From positions 1 through 64,000 of the forward strand of contig JBHIFL010000004.1 of NCBI GenBank assembly GCA_046761065.1: a stretch of DNA of 64,000 bases, given 5' to 3'. Each line of letters starts with the position of its first letter. The stretch's first letter is position 1. Made by a program: the position numbers and the translations under genes. The notes under the pieces were generated by a model, which was given only the letters and a program-made list of their open reading frames with translations, ran no database searches and was not told the origin of the DNA. Shown piece after piece: positions 20,440 through 29,836 of this stretch. The stretch comes from Candidatus Heimdallarchaeota archaeon (lineage in GTDB: Archaea > Asgardarchaeota > Wukongarchaeia > Wukongarchaeales > JBHIFL01).

Positions 20440-20877
20440 TCAAAACACAATTATCCTGTTCCCCCCCTGTTTTTTTGCTTTTCGAAGGGCTTTTTTAGCC
20501 GATTTAAATAGGGGAATTTGCGTCAAATCACTTGTTTCACTAATTCGCATGTGAAAAGACGGACCAAAAGCCACTCCAATACTAATAGTGACAGGAAGAC
20601 CAAGTTCCCCACCAAGTAAATATAATTTTTTCCGGAGAGTTTCTAAATCTTCCAAGAGTTTTTGGGGGTCAGGAGCTGAGAAAAACAGGACTGCTTCCTC
20701 AGTTCCTCGCTGGTAATTTATGCCTCGCAAATGGGTTCCATGGTGTTTTGATAGGATCTTGGTCACTAACTCTGTTAATAAACCTGTCACGACGTTAGGT
20801 TTGTACTTAGGCCATCCAGCCTTTTTTGTTATTTCCCCAAAATGATCCAGGTCAAGTATTATCACTCCTTGTTGCAC
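20440..20877 (-). CDS. Stand-alone GGDEF-like (palm/nucleotide cyclase fold) protein with variant GTEE motif
   Basis: IILDLDHF, RGTEEAV, VTISIGVA and AKKALRKAKKQGGNRI motifs. GTG 20877 has GGAGG upstream. Confidence 0.75.
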   Translation of the reverse strand: MQQGVIILDLDHFGEITKKAGWPKYKPNVVTGLLTELVTKILSKHHGTHLRGINYQRGTEEAVLFFSAPDPQKLLEDLETLRKKLYLLGGELGLPVTISIGVAFGPSFHMRISETSDLTQIPLFKSAKKALRKAKKQGGNRIIVF

Positions 20878-20885
20878 GAAAGCCC

Positions 20886-21060
20886 CTCCGTGAGGAGTTT
20901 GCATCCACACCGCTGAGTATGTATCATTTCGCAAGGGATTCACCACGAAACGAATGGGTCATTACTGCCCCAAGAATCTTCCATCTCGACTGGGCCAGGA
21001 ATTGCACCTAGCTGTCCTGCGAGGGACGCCGAAGCAATAGATTGAGGAGATGTGTGGATC
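20886..21060 (-). ncRNA. Putative structured RNA or mobile-element end
   Basis: 8-bp closing inverted repeat (ATCCACAC 20903-20910 / GTGTGGAT 21052-21059) enclosing hairpins with UUCG, GUAA and 7-nt T-loop-like loops. Found by eye only. Confidence 0.35.
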
Positions 21061-21902
21061 TGCGCCAAAAACAGGATCCAATTGGCGACGCCAATCAGGT
21101 GATTACGGAGGGTTTCAGTAGGGTGGGTTTTTGAAGCGAGAAAGTGGTGGAGTTCGTTGGAATGATAGGTGAAGGAATAGAGCTGGTAGACAGAACGGTG
21201 GGCGACCTGTTCGAGGTGATTTATAAGGTGATGAGTGTTGATGGGGGCCATCTTCCGCTGGGATGTTGGGAGGTGGAGAAGGCGAGCATAGCGAGAGGTT
21301 CGGGAGTCGGCCTTTTGGAGGAGCTGCAAGTCATGGTTCTGCGGATGAATGTTACACGCGTGATGGTTTTCACATAACCACTGGATATATGGCTCCGGAA
21401 TCGTAAGTGGGTGACCCAATTTGGAGGGATGGAGATTGGTGTCCACGAGATTGTGGAGGAGGGCAGCCATGACGAGTTGACGTTCATGTTGAAAGAGATG
21501 GGGAGGCAACCCCTTGAGAATACGAAATTGTGGTCCTAACAGAGGAGACGCCTTTGAGGAATAACAACTTTTTTGGAGGATCCAACGCAGGGCACCGTAG
21601 CCCCATATCGTGAATTGTCCAACGTACTGCAGCTGCAGAAAGGTTTTGAGTTTGCGGCGCGCCTGTTTGGAGGTGTGGGCCTTGAAATCGAGGTGAAGGT
21701 AGCCCAGATGGGCGCGTCGGTAGAGCGGGAATCCATGGACGCCTTGTTTCACCACCAGCGTTGTATGACATAAATTACGGGTAGGCGCCTCGAGATTGAT
21801 GGAGGGGCGATTTGAGATAATTCCTTGGGCGCCGCATAGCCGTAGGAACCGAGATTTCGCAACAATGGTTGTTAGTGTTTCGGCAATGATTCTCACAATC
21901 AT
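20940..21902 (-). CDS. Cas5-like RAMP fused to a Cas10-type HD domain (CRISPR-derived, possibly degenerate)
   Basis: RAMP-like start (IIAETLTTI) and G-rich loop (YVGQF..WGYG); then AALLH(N), ENHH, LQKAD and a downstream TLRNHL helix, the motif order seen in Cas10 HD regions. Confidence 0.6.
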   Translation of the reverse strand: MIVRIIAETLTTIVAKSRFLRLCGAQGIISNRPSINLEAPTRNLCHTTLVVKQGVHGFPLYRRAHLGYLHLDFKAHTSKQARRKLKTFLQLQYVGQFTIWGYGALRWILQKSCYSSKASPLLGPQFRILKGLPPHLFQHERQLVMAALLHNLVDTNLHPSKLGHPLTIPEPYIQWLCENHHACNIHPQNHDLQLLQKADSRTSRYARLLHLPTSQRKMAPINTHHLINHLEQVAHRSVYQLYSFTYHSNELHHFLASKTHPTETLRNHLIGVANWILFLAQIHTSPQSIASASLAGQLGAIPGPVEMEDSWGSNDPFVSW

Positions 21903-22246
21903 GTGGCTACCTCTCCTTCTTCAGCGCCGCGTTGCGGCTCTTGAATCTGGGCCAGCCAATGCGTATAGGCCGCGAAAGCTTGGTCAAGTTCGGCTTTGAG
22001 GGGTGTCACCGTGGTTCTTGGGGTTAGTAGATAGGCTTCGCCGTTCCAAACTCGCTCATAGGTTTGTTCCACCTTTTCAAAGGTGTTTGCCTGAAGGAAT
22101 TGTTTGTCCGCGCGCCACGCCTTGGCGGCGCCGACGTCATTACAGCGTTCAAGGCAATGGAGGAGGAAACCCAGCTCTATGGGGTCAAGAAGGCCGGCAG
22201 GAAATTGGAGGTGAGAAGAATTGAAACAGTTGAACCCGGTGAACAC
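21899..22246 (-). pseudogene. C-terminal fragment of a Cas7-like RAMP protein
   Basis: LDPIELGFLLHCLE...VGAAKAW resembles the Cas7 ELGxLL helix plus G-loop. The 5' part is missing. It overlaps the start of the Cas5-HD gene and provides a GGAGAGG SD-like site for it. Confidence 0.5.
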
Positions 22247-22270
22247 GGATAAAAAGGCTAGGCTCCATGG

Positions 22271-22651
22271 GATTTAAAAGGCTTAGAACTGGAGACATAC
22301 ATGCGTATCACAGGTATCAAGGATAGAATCCTCGCTAATAAATACCGAAAAACAGCTTGGTCGGCTGTGAAATATCTTCTAGATCATTATAAGGACATCG
22401 TGTTTATAGGAGTTGGTATTCCATACAATAAGGAATTTATTGGCTTAGATGAAATCGCGCGGATTGGAGATCAATTAGCAAGTTGGGATTGGGAGCTCCA
22501 AGTGTACGTGCTTGACTATCGGCCCGAATTCCGTACGAAAAGGCTCACACACCCTTCTTTCAAGAAGATACAACACATAAAAACATTACTAAACGGGACA
22601 GGGCTCACTACCGTCATTTGCCAAACGAACAGAGGTCTCATCGGTCCTTAA
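22271..22651 (+). pseudogene. 3' fragment of an archaeal PflA-like radical SAM protein
   Basis: DLKGLELETYMRITG...GVGIPYN...QVYVLDYRPEFR...QT..GLIGP C-terminal region; no CxxxCxxC motif and no N-terminal half. Confidence 0.65.
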
Positions 22652-22725
22652 GTTAAGGTAGGAAGATTATGATCAATATCCTAGACGATAGCATTTAATC
22701 GACTCGATCTTCATTTGTTGACAAC

Positions 22726-23880
22726 CTATTTCCCTTTGATATAATCTAGGAGCTCCAAAAGAATAGAGAGAGACATACGATACTTTGTAGGATCGATCAT
22801 CCCGGTTATATTCCAGATAATGATGTGACGGAGGCCTACACGATAATATTCTTCTAAATGCTTTATGATATCATTTCTAGTTCCATGAAGAAACACCGCT
22901 TCCATCACTTCAGGATTGATTAGGTCTAGCATCTTGAGAGCTGCATTACGATCATAGTTTGTCGGAATATAGTCTATAAGGGGGTTGATATTGGTTTTTC
23001 CGAGATACAATGCAAGGGGATGGTTCATGCCCGCTTGTTCAAATAAATAACTCGGGCTGATCAGAGCCCATGCCTTTGCCATCGGCGTGTTAAAGAGTTT
23101 GTGGCAAGCTTCATGCTCTTCAGCGAGAATTGTTAGCGCCCACATGGCTGGAATGAATTTTTGCGGATCACGCTCAGCTTTTCCCATAACAGCATGAATC
23201 ACCTTTAATTTCTCAGCATAATCTTTCACAGATAGCATTGTTGGAATCCAGCCGTCTGCAAGCTCCCCTGTGATCCGTAGCATACGTGGTCCATGTGCCC
23301 CTACTAAAATAGGAGGAGGATGATCCTTTTTATACGGCTCAAGAGCAAGAACCGCATTTTTCATTGTCCAATATTTTCCATCGAACGAGAGTGCTTTCCC
23401 TGGATTCTCCCAAAACTTTCGGATTATCCTCAGACTTTCTTCTAACCGTCCCACTGGCTCCTTGAAGCTCATCCCATAAGGGATAATGTTCTCTGCTTCA
23501 CCAGCTCCCATGCCTAAAATAAACCGACCTTTTGTCAAATGGTCTAGAGTAAGTGCTGTCTGAGCTAAGATAACTGGATGTCGACGAATCGACTCAGTGA
23601 CTGCTGTTCCTAATTTTATCCGTTGAGTTTGTGAGGCATGAGCGGCTATAAGGGAAAACGTGTCAAAGAAGATATGGGGGGATGGTTGGAACATCGCTAC
23701 GGGGATTATATCGGGGGTCCAGATGGATTCTGGAATCCATCCCATGAGATGATCAGGATACCACATAGCATGGTATCCCATCTCGTCGATTCGCTTAGCC
23801 ACTCGTAGCGAATTTTCTAATGGAGGTAAGATGGGTGGAGGCACTCCAATCTCCAAATTTGCTAGTTCCACGTTTATCAT
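22726..23880 (-). CDS. LLM-class (luciferase-like) flavin/F420-dependent oxidoreductase
   Basis: W.PDHL, LGTAVT..RRHP, TLDHLTKGRFILG.GAGE and GPRMLRITGELADGW motifs. Confidence 0.9.
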   Translation of the reverse strand: MINVELANLEIGVPPPILPPLENSLRVAKRIDEMGYHAMWYPDHLMGWIPESIWTPDIIPVAMFQPSPHIFFDTFSLIAAHASQTQRIKLGTAVTESIRRHPVILAQTALTLDHLTKGRFILGMGAGEAENIIPYGMSFKEPVGRLEESLRIIRKFWENPGKALSFDGKYWTMKNAVLALEPYKKDHPPPILVGAHGPRMLRITGELADGWIPTMLSVKDYAEKLKVIHAVMGKAERDPQKFIPAMWALTILAEEHEACHKLFNTPMAKAWALISPSYLFEQAGMNHPLALYLGKTNINPLIDYIPTNYDRNAALKMLDLINPEVMEAVFLHGTRNDIIKHLEEYYRVGLRHIIIWNITGMIDPTKYRMSLSILLELLDYIKGK

Positions 23881-24225
23881 GTCTCCTTGGATTAAAAATA
23901 CTATACCCAGAAAGGAAAGCCTGTATTTATTATTAGTAACATCAATTATGTTAAGGCTTTACCAAAGATTACCTTTCTTAGGTCATTAGGTATTAGGTGT
24001 TAGTCTGACTCAATTCGATTCACTGCGGTTTGTTTGTATCGTTTAATAATTAGAAATTGATTAGAATATTGAATAATAAATAATAAGGTCACATGTAGAA
24101 TGAATACTCTCGCTAAGTTGTATAAGTCAAATAGCAGAGTTTTTTCGTTATCATCTTAACTCAGTGAATTGAGACAATAGCATAGCCAATAACTTTAAGG
24201 AAGCAGATATTCTGCAGCAGAGGAG

Positions 24226-24465
24226 CTATTTTTCGCTTTCGACTTCTTTTTCTGCTGGACCTGATCCTGCAATCTTCTGATAGTGCTCGTCACACAGCAT
24301 CACACGTTGAAACGCATGAGGAAGCACCCTAATTTTAGCTGGCTTGCCACATCCCTCGACCGTGCAGAGACCACCACCGAATCCAATATGAATTTAGGTG
24401 TTTATGTCAGCACCGGTCCACACAACAGGCTTTTCTTCTTCTTCATTTGACAAGGAAATCACCAT
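24226..24465 (-). pseudogene. Small zinc-finger protein interrupted by an in-frame TAA (missed by the ORF track)
   Basis: MVISLSNEEEEKPVVWTGADINT*IHIGFGGGLCTVEGCGKPA...LCDEHY...; TAA at 24394-24396; C-x4-C-x18-C-x2-H motif. Confidence 0.6.
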
Positions 24466-24648
24466 TGACCTACTTGAGTGCAGCGATCCGTTCAATTCCC
24501 AAGGTGTCTATAATGTACACTCCATAATACAATAATAAGTCTTGGTGATTAAACTCCACGTTTTGTACGAAATGGATTTTTAGTATTCTAGAATGATTGC
24601 CGTTTAAGAATGTTAGAAGGAATTTTATGCAAAATTGTAGAGGTTTAG

Positions 24649-25353
24649 TTATTCAAAGATCCGTTTTTGCAATGTGATTAGTTGGGTTTCAGCGTTATAC
24701 CCTATAAAACCAGCATTTGCGAGGTCATGCACGGCTGCAAGAACCACTGCAGGCTCATAACCAGAAGTTTTTGTGATTTCCTGGCGTGTCATGCCAACAG
24801 CTCCTTTGGCGCCATGCAAGAGCCAGAGAATTCGAATGTGCGGTCGAGCAGCATAGATATCTTCGAGCAGAGCAACATAAAGCGACAACAGTTGCCGCAC
24901 ATCCAATGTTGCTTCTTCTTTTGCTTGGATCGATTTGAATTCTGTAGAGATACTTTCAAACTGTTTAAGTAACGCGTCATAATCCGCGGCTTTTTTGTGG
25001 AGTTCATCCTCTAACGAGCTTTTCTCGGTAGTTAATGACTTTCTTTCGTTTTCAAGCGCTTTTGATCGGTTTTCAAGTGTCTTGATTTTGTCATCCAAGT
25101 CTCGAATAGTTGCTAACTTTTCTTCTAATTCACGACTCTGTTTTATGACCAGATCACGAAGTGGAGTGATTTTGGAATGGACATCCTGAAGCGACTGTGT
25201 TGCAGTTTCTATTGATGACAAGATCTCTTCTAGTTCGGGAATTTCACTCAAGGTGGAACGCTCCTGAGAATGTGCTTTTTGTGATGAATTTGTTTCAAGA
25301 AATAGAAGTGGACCTATACTTAAAACATTATCGGGTTTGGCGGAGACATGCAC
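24649..25353 (-). CDS. Coiled-coil protein with C-terminal winged helix
   Basis: Long heptad region followed by RILWLLHG...MTRQEITKTSGYEPAVVLAAVHDLANAGFI, a wHTH pattern. Start uncertain. Confidence 0.75.
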   Translation of the reverse strand: MHVSAKPDNVLSIGPLLFLETNSSQKAHSQERSTLSEIPELEEILSSIETATQSLQDVHSKITPLRDLVIKQSRELEEKLATIRDLDDKIKTLENRSKALENERKSLTTEKSSLEDELHKKAADYDALLKQFESISTEFKSIQAKEEATLDVRQLLSLYVALLEDIYAARPHIRILWLLHGAKGAVGMTRQEITKTSGYEPAVVLAAVHDLANAGFIGYNAETQLITLQKRIFE

Positions 25354-25383
25354 CTAATAGGACTTCATTGACATGTATCAATT

Positions 25384-26325
25384 TTACAGGGATGTCCAGC
25401 CACAACAAGCCATTGGGCACTTTTGCCATTTTTCTTCGGCATTAATAATCTGTGAAATCACTCCGTTTGGCATCATATCGCCATCTAGAGTGAGTAATTT
25501 GCCAATTATGCCTATATCTTGCTTGCTCAGCTCTGGGAGATTGGACCATCCTTTGAATTGGCCAGTTGGGGTAATACAAAGTCGGGTGGAATATTGGCAT
25601 TTCGCTCCACAAGCACAAGTAGTTGGTGAGATAAAGACTTCTCCAGTTCGGAGATTCACGTGAAACCTATATCGTGATTTTACAAGTGGGACTGTGTCTA
25701 TTTCGATATAATAACCGAGAGCCTTTATGATCTGTTTGAGCGGTTCAAGATTTCTCGAAGGGTTATAATCCTGATAAGCCGTTTCAAGCATAAGATCAGC
25801 TAAATACTGAAATACTCTAATAATATCGTCCTGAATAGTGGTTCTAACTTCTTGGTAGTGAGCAGAATGGTGGTGAGCAAGACGACATGCTTTGTTCGCT
25901 TGAAATTGCCTACCTGAAGGGGGATCTACGCAACCTACCACTAGTTTTGTTGCAGAACATGCGTTTTTTTCGATAAGTGGGAGCCAATAATTGGAAACAC
26001 GTTCCAATTGCTATCGTTGATTGACATCTATTACTATGACGCAACCAGAGGCGCCTTTTAAAAATGATGGAATGATATTAGCGAACCGCGAGCCACTATG
26101 AAGGACCCATAACTGGAGTTTCACCATATGTTCTATTTCACGCTGAACGGAGAGAACACTGACCCCAAAATCTATGCCAAGAGTTTTCTTGGATGATGTG
26201 GATAATGAGATTGGAGAGAGTATTGCGAATAGAGCATCTTTTAAGGATTCACTTTCACCCATGAGTAAGGTTTTGAATAAAATCGTATTAAACACGATAA
26301 TCACTTTTTTGGGATATGAAGCCAC
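25384..26325 (-). pseudogene. Degenerate Rab/Rho-like GTPase with Cys-rich C-terminal domain, split by an in-frame TAG
   Basis: The two ORFs are in frame: ...FLKGASGCVIVIDVNQR*QLERVSNYWLPLIEK...KLVVG, with TAG at 26011-26013. Also TLGIDF and VKLQLW. Confidence 0.75.
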
Positions 26326-27059
26326 TCAAGGGAATTCCTCTGTTCTTATCTCTATCCTCATCAATGAACCACAAAAGGAGCATCTTTCTGGTCCGGTCAG
26401 CAGAGGCTCCGTGTCTTCTTTGAAGCAGTACAAACTCTCTTTATATCATTCGTATAAAATGATTTTTGATTTGGGAGGGCTATATTTCTTATTCTAACCT
26501 TAAGAAACTGGATTGGCATTATAACTAAAATCTGGGTAATAAAAGATTCTTGTGACTTCTGAATTGAGCTATATAAATGGTTTATAGATTTAACAACCTA
26601 CCCTCAAATCATCACACCTGATCTGGTAAAACGCGAGGTTTTTAAGGATCTTTAGGTTGTTTTCACACAATACCAAACTATAGGATTTCACCGAACCACC
26701 AATATAATTTACATGCATATCATATGGAATTTTTCAGTGGGAAGTTCACCTAAGCTTCCAGACACCTGAATTCTCTTGAAAACCTTTAATGTATGTAAAG
26801 TAATGGCAGGCGCTATAGATTGCAATTCCAAATTGATTCACTACTTTAATATAGAATGTTTTGCATGATGTGGATAGCTCCTAAAAGACCGAGATCATTC
26901 ATAAACCTCTCAAGACTCTAATTGCCTTCAACAAAGCTTCAGATCCTAGTCTTCAGAAACCCCATCAGGTAGACTATATTCCAATTAAAAGTGTTCTCAA
27001 CAAATCCTACCCATATACCAAATATCCTATCAACTACTTGGAAAGACGTGGGACTCAAG

Positions 27060-27647
27060 ATGATAGAACGTAGACCTCTAAAAGAGACCCCGGACTACAA
27101 ACTTAAGATCATCGTAGCTGGAGCAGGTGGTGTCGGCAAAACTACGTTGGTTCATCGCTTCTTGTCGGGTCAGTTTTTAAAGTTCTCCATGACTATCGGG
27201 GTATCATTTCAAACCCACACCCTCGTACTAAAGAACAATAAGACGGTTAAACTAATTATCTGGGATTTAGGAGGGCAAGAACGCTTCAGACAGATGTCAG
27301 TCTTTGAATCATATTGCATAGGGGCCCATGGAATAATTTTAGCCTTAGATATGACAAGTGCAGTGCGTACAATACAAGAATTGAATGATTGGACAACTAT
27401 TGTGCGTGGGGGAGCGCCAAACGCCCCAATAGTCCTCATTGGGACGAAAGCAGATCTCATGATCGAGGGTATTGATCTTCCTCGTGATTTGATTGACCAC
27501 TTCATTGAGGAAAACGACATCCAGGGTTTTTTTGAGACGAGTTCTTTAACGGGACAAAACGTGCAAGAAACGTTTATCCACCTTGTCAACCTTATTTTAA
27601 AACAAAGCAATCTAAGGGGGGAAGCGACCTCAGAGACTGCGATTTAA
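27060..27647 (+). CDS. Rab-like small GTPase
   Basis: GAGGVGKT, TIGVSF, WDLGGQERF, GTKAD and ETSS motifs. ATG 27060 preferred as start. Confidence 0.93.
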   Translation: MIERRPLKETPDYKLKIIVAGAGGVGKTTLVHRFLSGQFLKFSMTIGVSFQTHTLVLKNNKTVKLIIWDLGGQERFRQMSVFESYCIGAHGIILALDMTSAVRTIQELNDWTTIVRGGAPNAPIVLIGTKADLMIEGIDLPRDLIDHFIEENDIQGFFETSSLTGQNVQETFIHLVNLILKQSNLRGEATSETAI

Positions 27648-27713
27648 TTCCAAACCGATCCCATATAGTCAAAAACCCAAGAATTTTGCATGCTTAGAAC
27701 TCAATGATAGACA

Positions 27714-28298
27714 TTATATATGATGTTTATAGGTTTGGGAGAGCATTCCTGTAACGACACTCTGTTCAGAGATCTTGAACCCCAGACGGTTCAATGCTTC
27801 CTCGAGTAAGATTCCAATAAGAAATAACGCCTGATCCGAATACATTGTAGAAACGAAGCGAAGTGAGAGGGTGGATTCAGCCTCTAAGATAGCGGAAATT
27901 TGGTGCATATCAAGGAACAGATCCGTGAGGATCTGTCGGAATGTGATGAGCCAATTTTGAGCAGGGAGGGACGATGCAATGTAGATTCCAAGAAATCGTC
28001 CACTCTCACGGAATAACTCAGTTACAGTTTCTGGATCATGTTTTAACCCAATATCTATGAGAGAACGGTAGATATGTCCGGGAATAAAGGTCAACTCAAG
28101 TCCTTTCAACCTCATCAAGGTATCAGCAACACTTTTCAGTTTAGGATCAATTTTTTGTTGCGAACTAAAGTCCTGAATAAGCTCTCGAATGAAGGCACTT
28201 CGGTTTCTTACATTCGTTTCTAGCCATTGGAAAGTAGAATGATCCAATACCACTGTAATTTTGTGTTTTTCTTGATTAACTTGATTTTTTTTTTCCAA
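27714..28298 (-). CDS. Ribbon-helix-helix (CopG-like) regulator with V4R-like ligand domain
   Basis: KITVVLD...NRSAFIRELI RHH pattern; ESGRFLG and GILLEEALNRLG in the C-terminal part. Confidence 0.6.
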   Translation of the reverse strand: MEKKNQVNQEKHKITVVLDHSTFQWLETNVRNRSAFIRELIQDFSSQQKIDPKLKSVADTLMRLKGLELTFIPGHIYRSLIDIGLKHDPETVTELFRESGRFLGIYIASSLPAQNWLITFRQILTDLFLDMHQISAILEAESTLSLRFVSTMYSDQALFLIGILLEEALNRLGFKISEQSVVTGMLSQTYKHHI

Positions 28299-28789
28299 AA
28301 AGCCACACCTAGCCAGTTTCCCCCTTGGGGAATCCGGGGCAATTTTATCAATTGTGTTTACTTTAAAATCATAAAAATCATAAAAATATTACTTTTTCAT
28401 AAAAAGCGTCTAATTATTGTCTTTTTCTGAAAAAAACTCCTCTCTGCTCTTGAAATTTAGAATACATTTATATAGGAGAAGTATTATAACTAAAAATGGA
28501 GATGCGATTTAAACCGCACAGAATAGCCCGTCTTTTTTCTTTTTTTTATGTGTTGTTTTCACACAGTTTAATGAAATAAGACCTCTAATACTTTATTATG
28601 TGATACTCATGTACTATATTCCTAATGTAAGCTTGAAGTTTTTTCAGAATTGTGATAATACGCAAATGATGTAAGGTATAGAACATTATTTAATCACAAC
28701 CTAATTTGAATATTAATGCCTTTCTCGATTTCAGGTCTTGATAACGCTCAATCAAATGAGCTTTCATCCCTTCTTAAAGGAGCATGAAC

Positions 28790-29755
28790 CTATACTTCAC
28801 CAGGCATACGCTTCGTCTTCAAATAATGCTCAACGAACAGTTTACTAGCGCGGTATGAGCTTCGAACCAGTGGCCCCGAAATTACCGCCAGAAAATCTAG
28901 TTCAAGCGCAACCTGTTTCCAGAACTCAAACTTGATAGGAGTGATATATTCAACAACCCTCATATGATGACTTGAGGGTTGCAAATACTGACCAAGGGTC
29001 ACTATATCCACTTTCACATCCCGGAGTGCTCGTAGCGTGGCTAAAATTTGTTCATCTGTTTCTCCAAGTCCTAACATAATAGAAGATTTTGTTAATTGGT
29101 GTGGGTTCATCGCTTTGAGTGAATCAAGGACAAACAAAGATTGATGAAATGTGAAACGTCTGTCACGCACTTTGGGAGTTAGAACTTCAGTTGTTTCAAC
29201 GTTATGGCCTATCACGTCAGGTTTGCTATCTATAATTGTTTGAATCGCCTTTAAATCGCCTTGGAAGTCCGGAATGAGGATTTCTATACGGGTTTGAGGG
29301 TTGGCATGCCTGATAGCTTGAATACAATGGCTTAAATGGCTTGCCCCTCCATCACTCAAATCATCCCGAGTGACTGATGTAAGCACGACATATCGTAAGC
29401 CCAGTTCCGAGACAGCTTGGGCCACTTTTTCGGGCTCTTCAGGATTTAAGGCTTGATGAGGGTGGCCCGACATCACATCACAAAAGTTGCAGCGGCGTGT
29501 ACAGAGCGTACCGAGGAGCATAAACGTGGCAGTGCGTGATTCCCAACATTCCGTCTGATTCGGACACAAAGCTTCTGTACAAACCGTGTGGAGACCTTGC
29601 GTTTTTAGTACGGATTTTAACTGGCCATAATTTTTTAGCGTGGGGAACCGGCTTCGGATCCACTTCGGCTTCGGCTGTCTTTTCAACGCTTGGACTCTCA
29701 GCCGTATACCCCGAATTGTTCCATTAAAGTCTTCTGATTTGGTGTGCAATCCCAT
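28790..29755 (-). CDS. lipA: Lipoyl synthase
   Basis: CTEALCPNQTEC (Cx4Cx5C), CTRRCNFC (Cx3Cx2C), GQYLQP and RSSY motifs. Confidence 0.96.
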   Translation of the reverse strand: MGLHTKSEDFNGTIRGIRLRVQALKRQPKPKWIRSRFPTLKNYGQLKSVLKTQGLHTVCTEALCPNQTECWESRTATFMLLGTLCTRRCNFCDVMSGHPHQALNPEEPEKVAQAVSELGLRYVVLTSVTRDDLSDGGASHLSHCIQAIRHANPQTRIEILIPDFQGDLKAIQTIIDSKPDVIGHNVETTEVLTPKVRDRRFTFHQSLFVLDSLKAMNPHQLTKSSIMLGLGETDEQILATLRALRDVKVDIVTLGQYLQPSSHHMRVVEYITPIKFEFWKQVALELDFLAVISGPLVRSSYRASKLFVEHYLKTKRMPGEV

Positions 29756-29836
29756 CCCTCGAATTGATTAATTATTTAACCAAGTTTTTTCCAAAAACTC
29801 TTGCTATGGGTCTCGAACTATTGAGAAGATCCCTTA

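Noticed and set aside
20994-21012. tRNA gene suggested by the GGTGCAATTCC T-loop-like hairpin
   Set aside because: No acceptor stem, D arm or anticodon arm at tRNA spacing; kept only as part of the putative ncRNA.
20080-22700. CRISPR array near the RAMP genes
   Set aside because: No regularly spaced direct repeats are visible here or elsewhere in the window.
25384-25420. Rab-type CC prenylation motif
   Set aside because: The CC is followed by five more residues and belongs to a Cys-rich domain. The other GTPases lack CAAX or CC ends.
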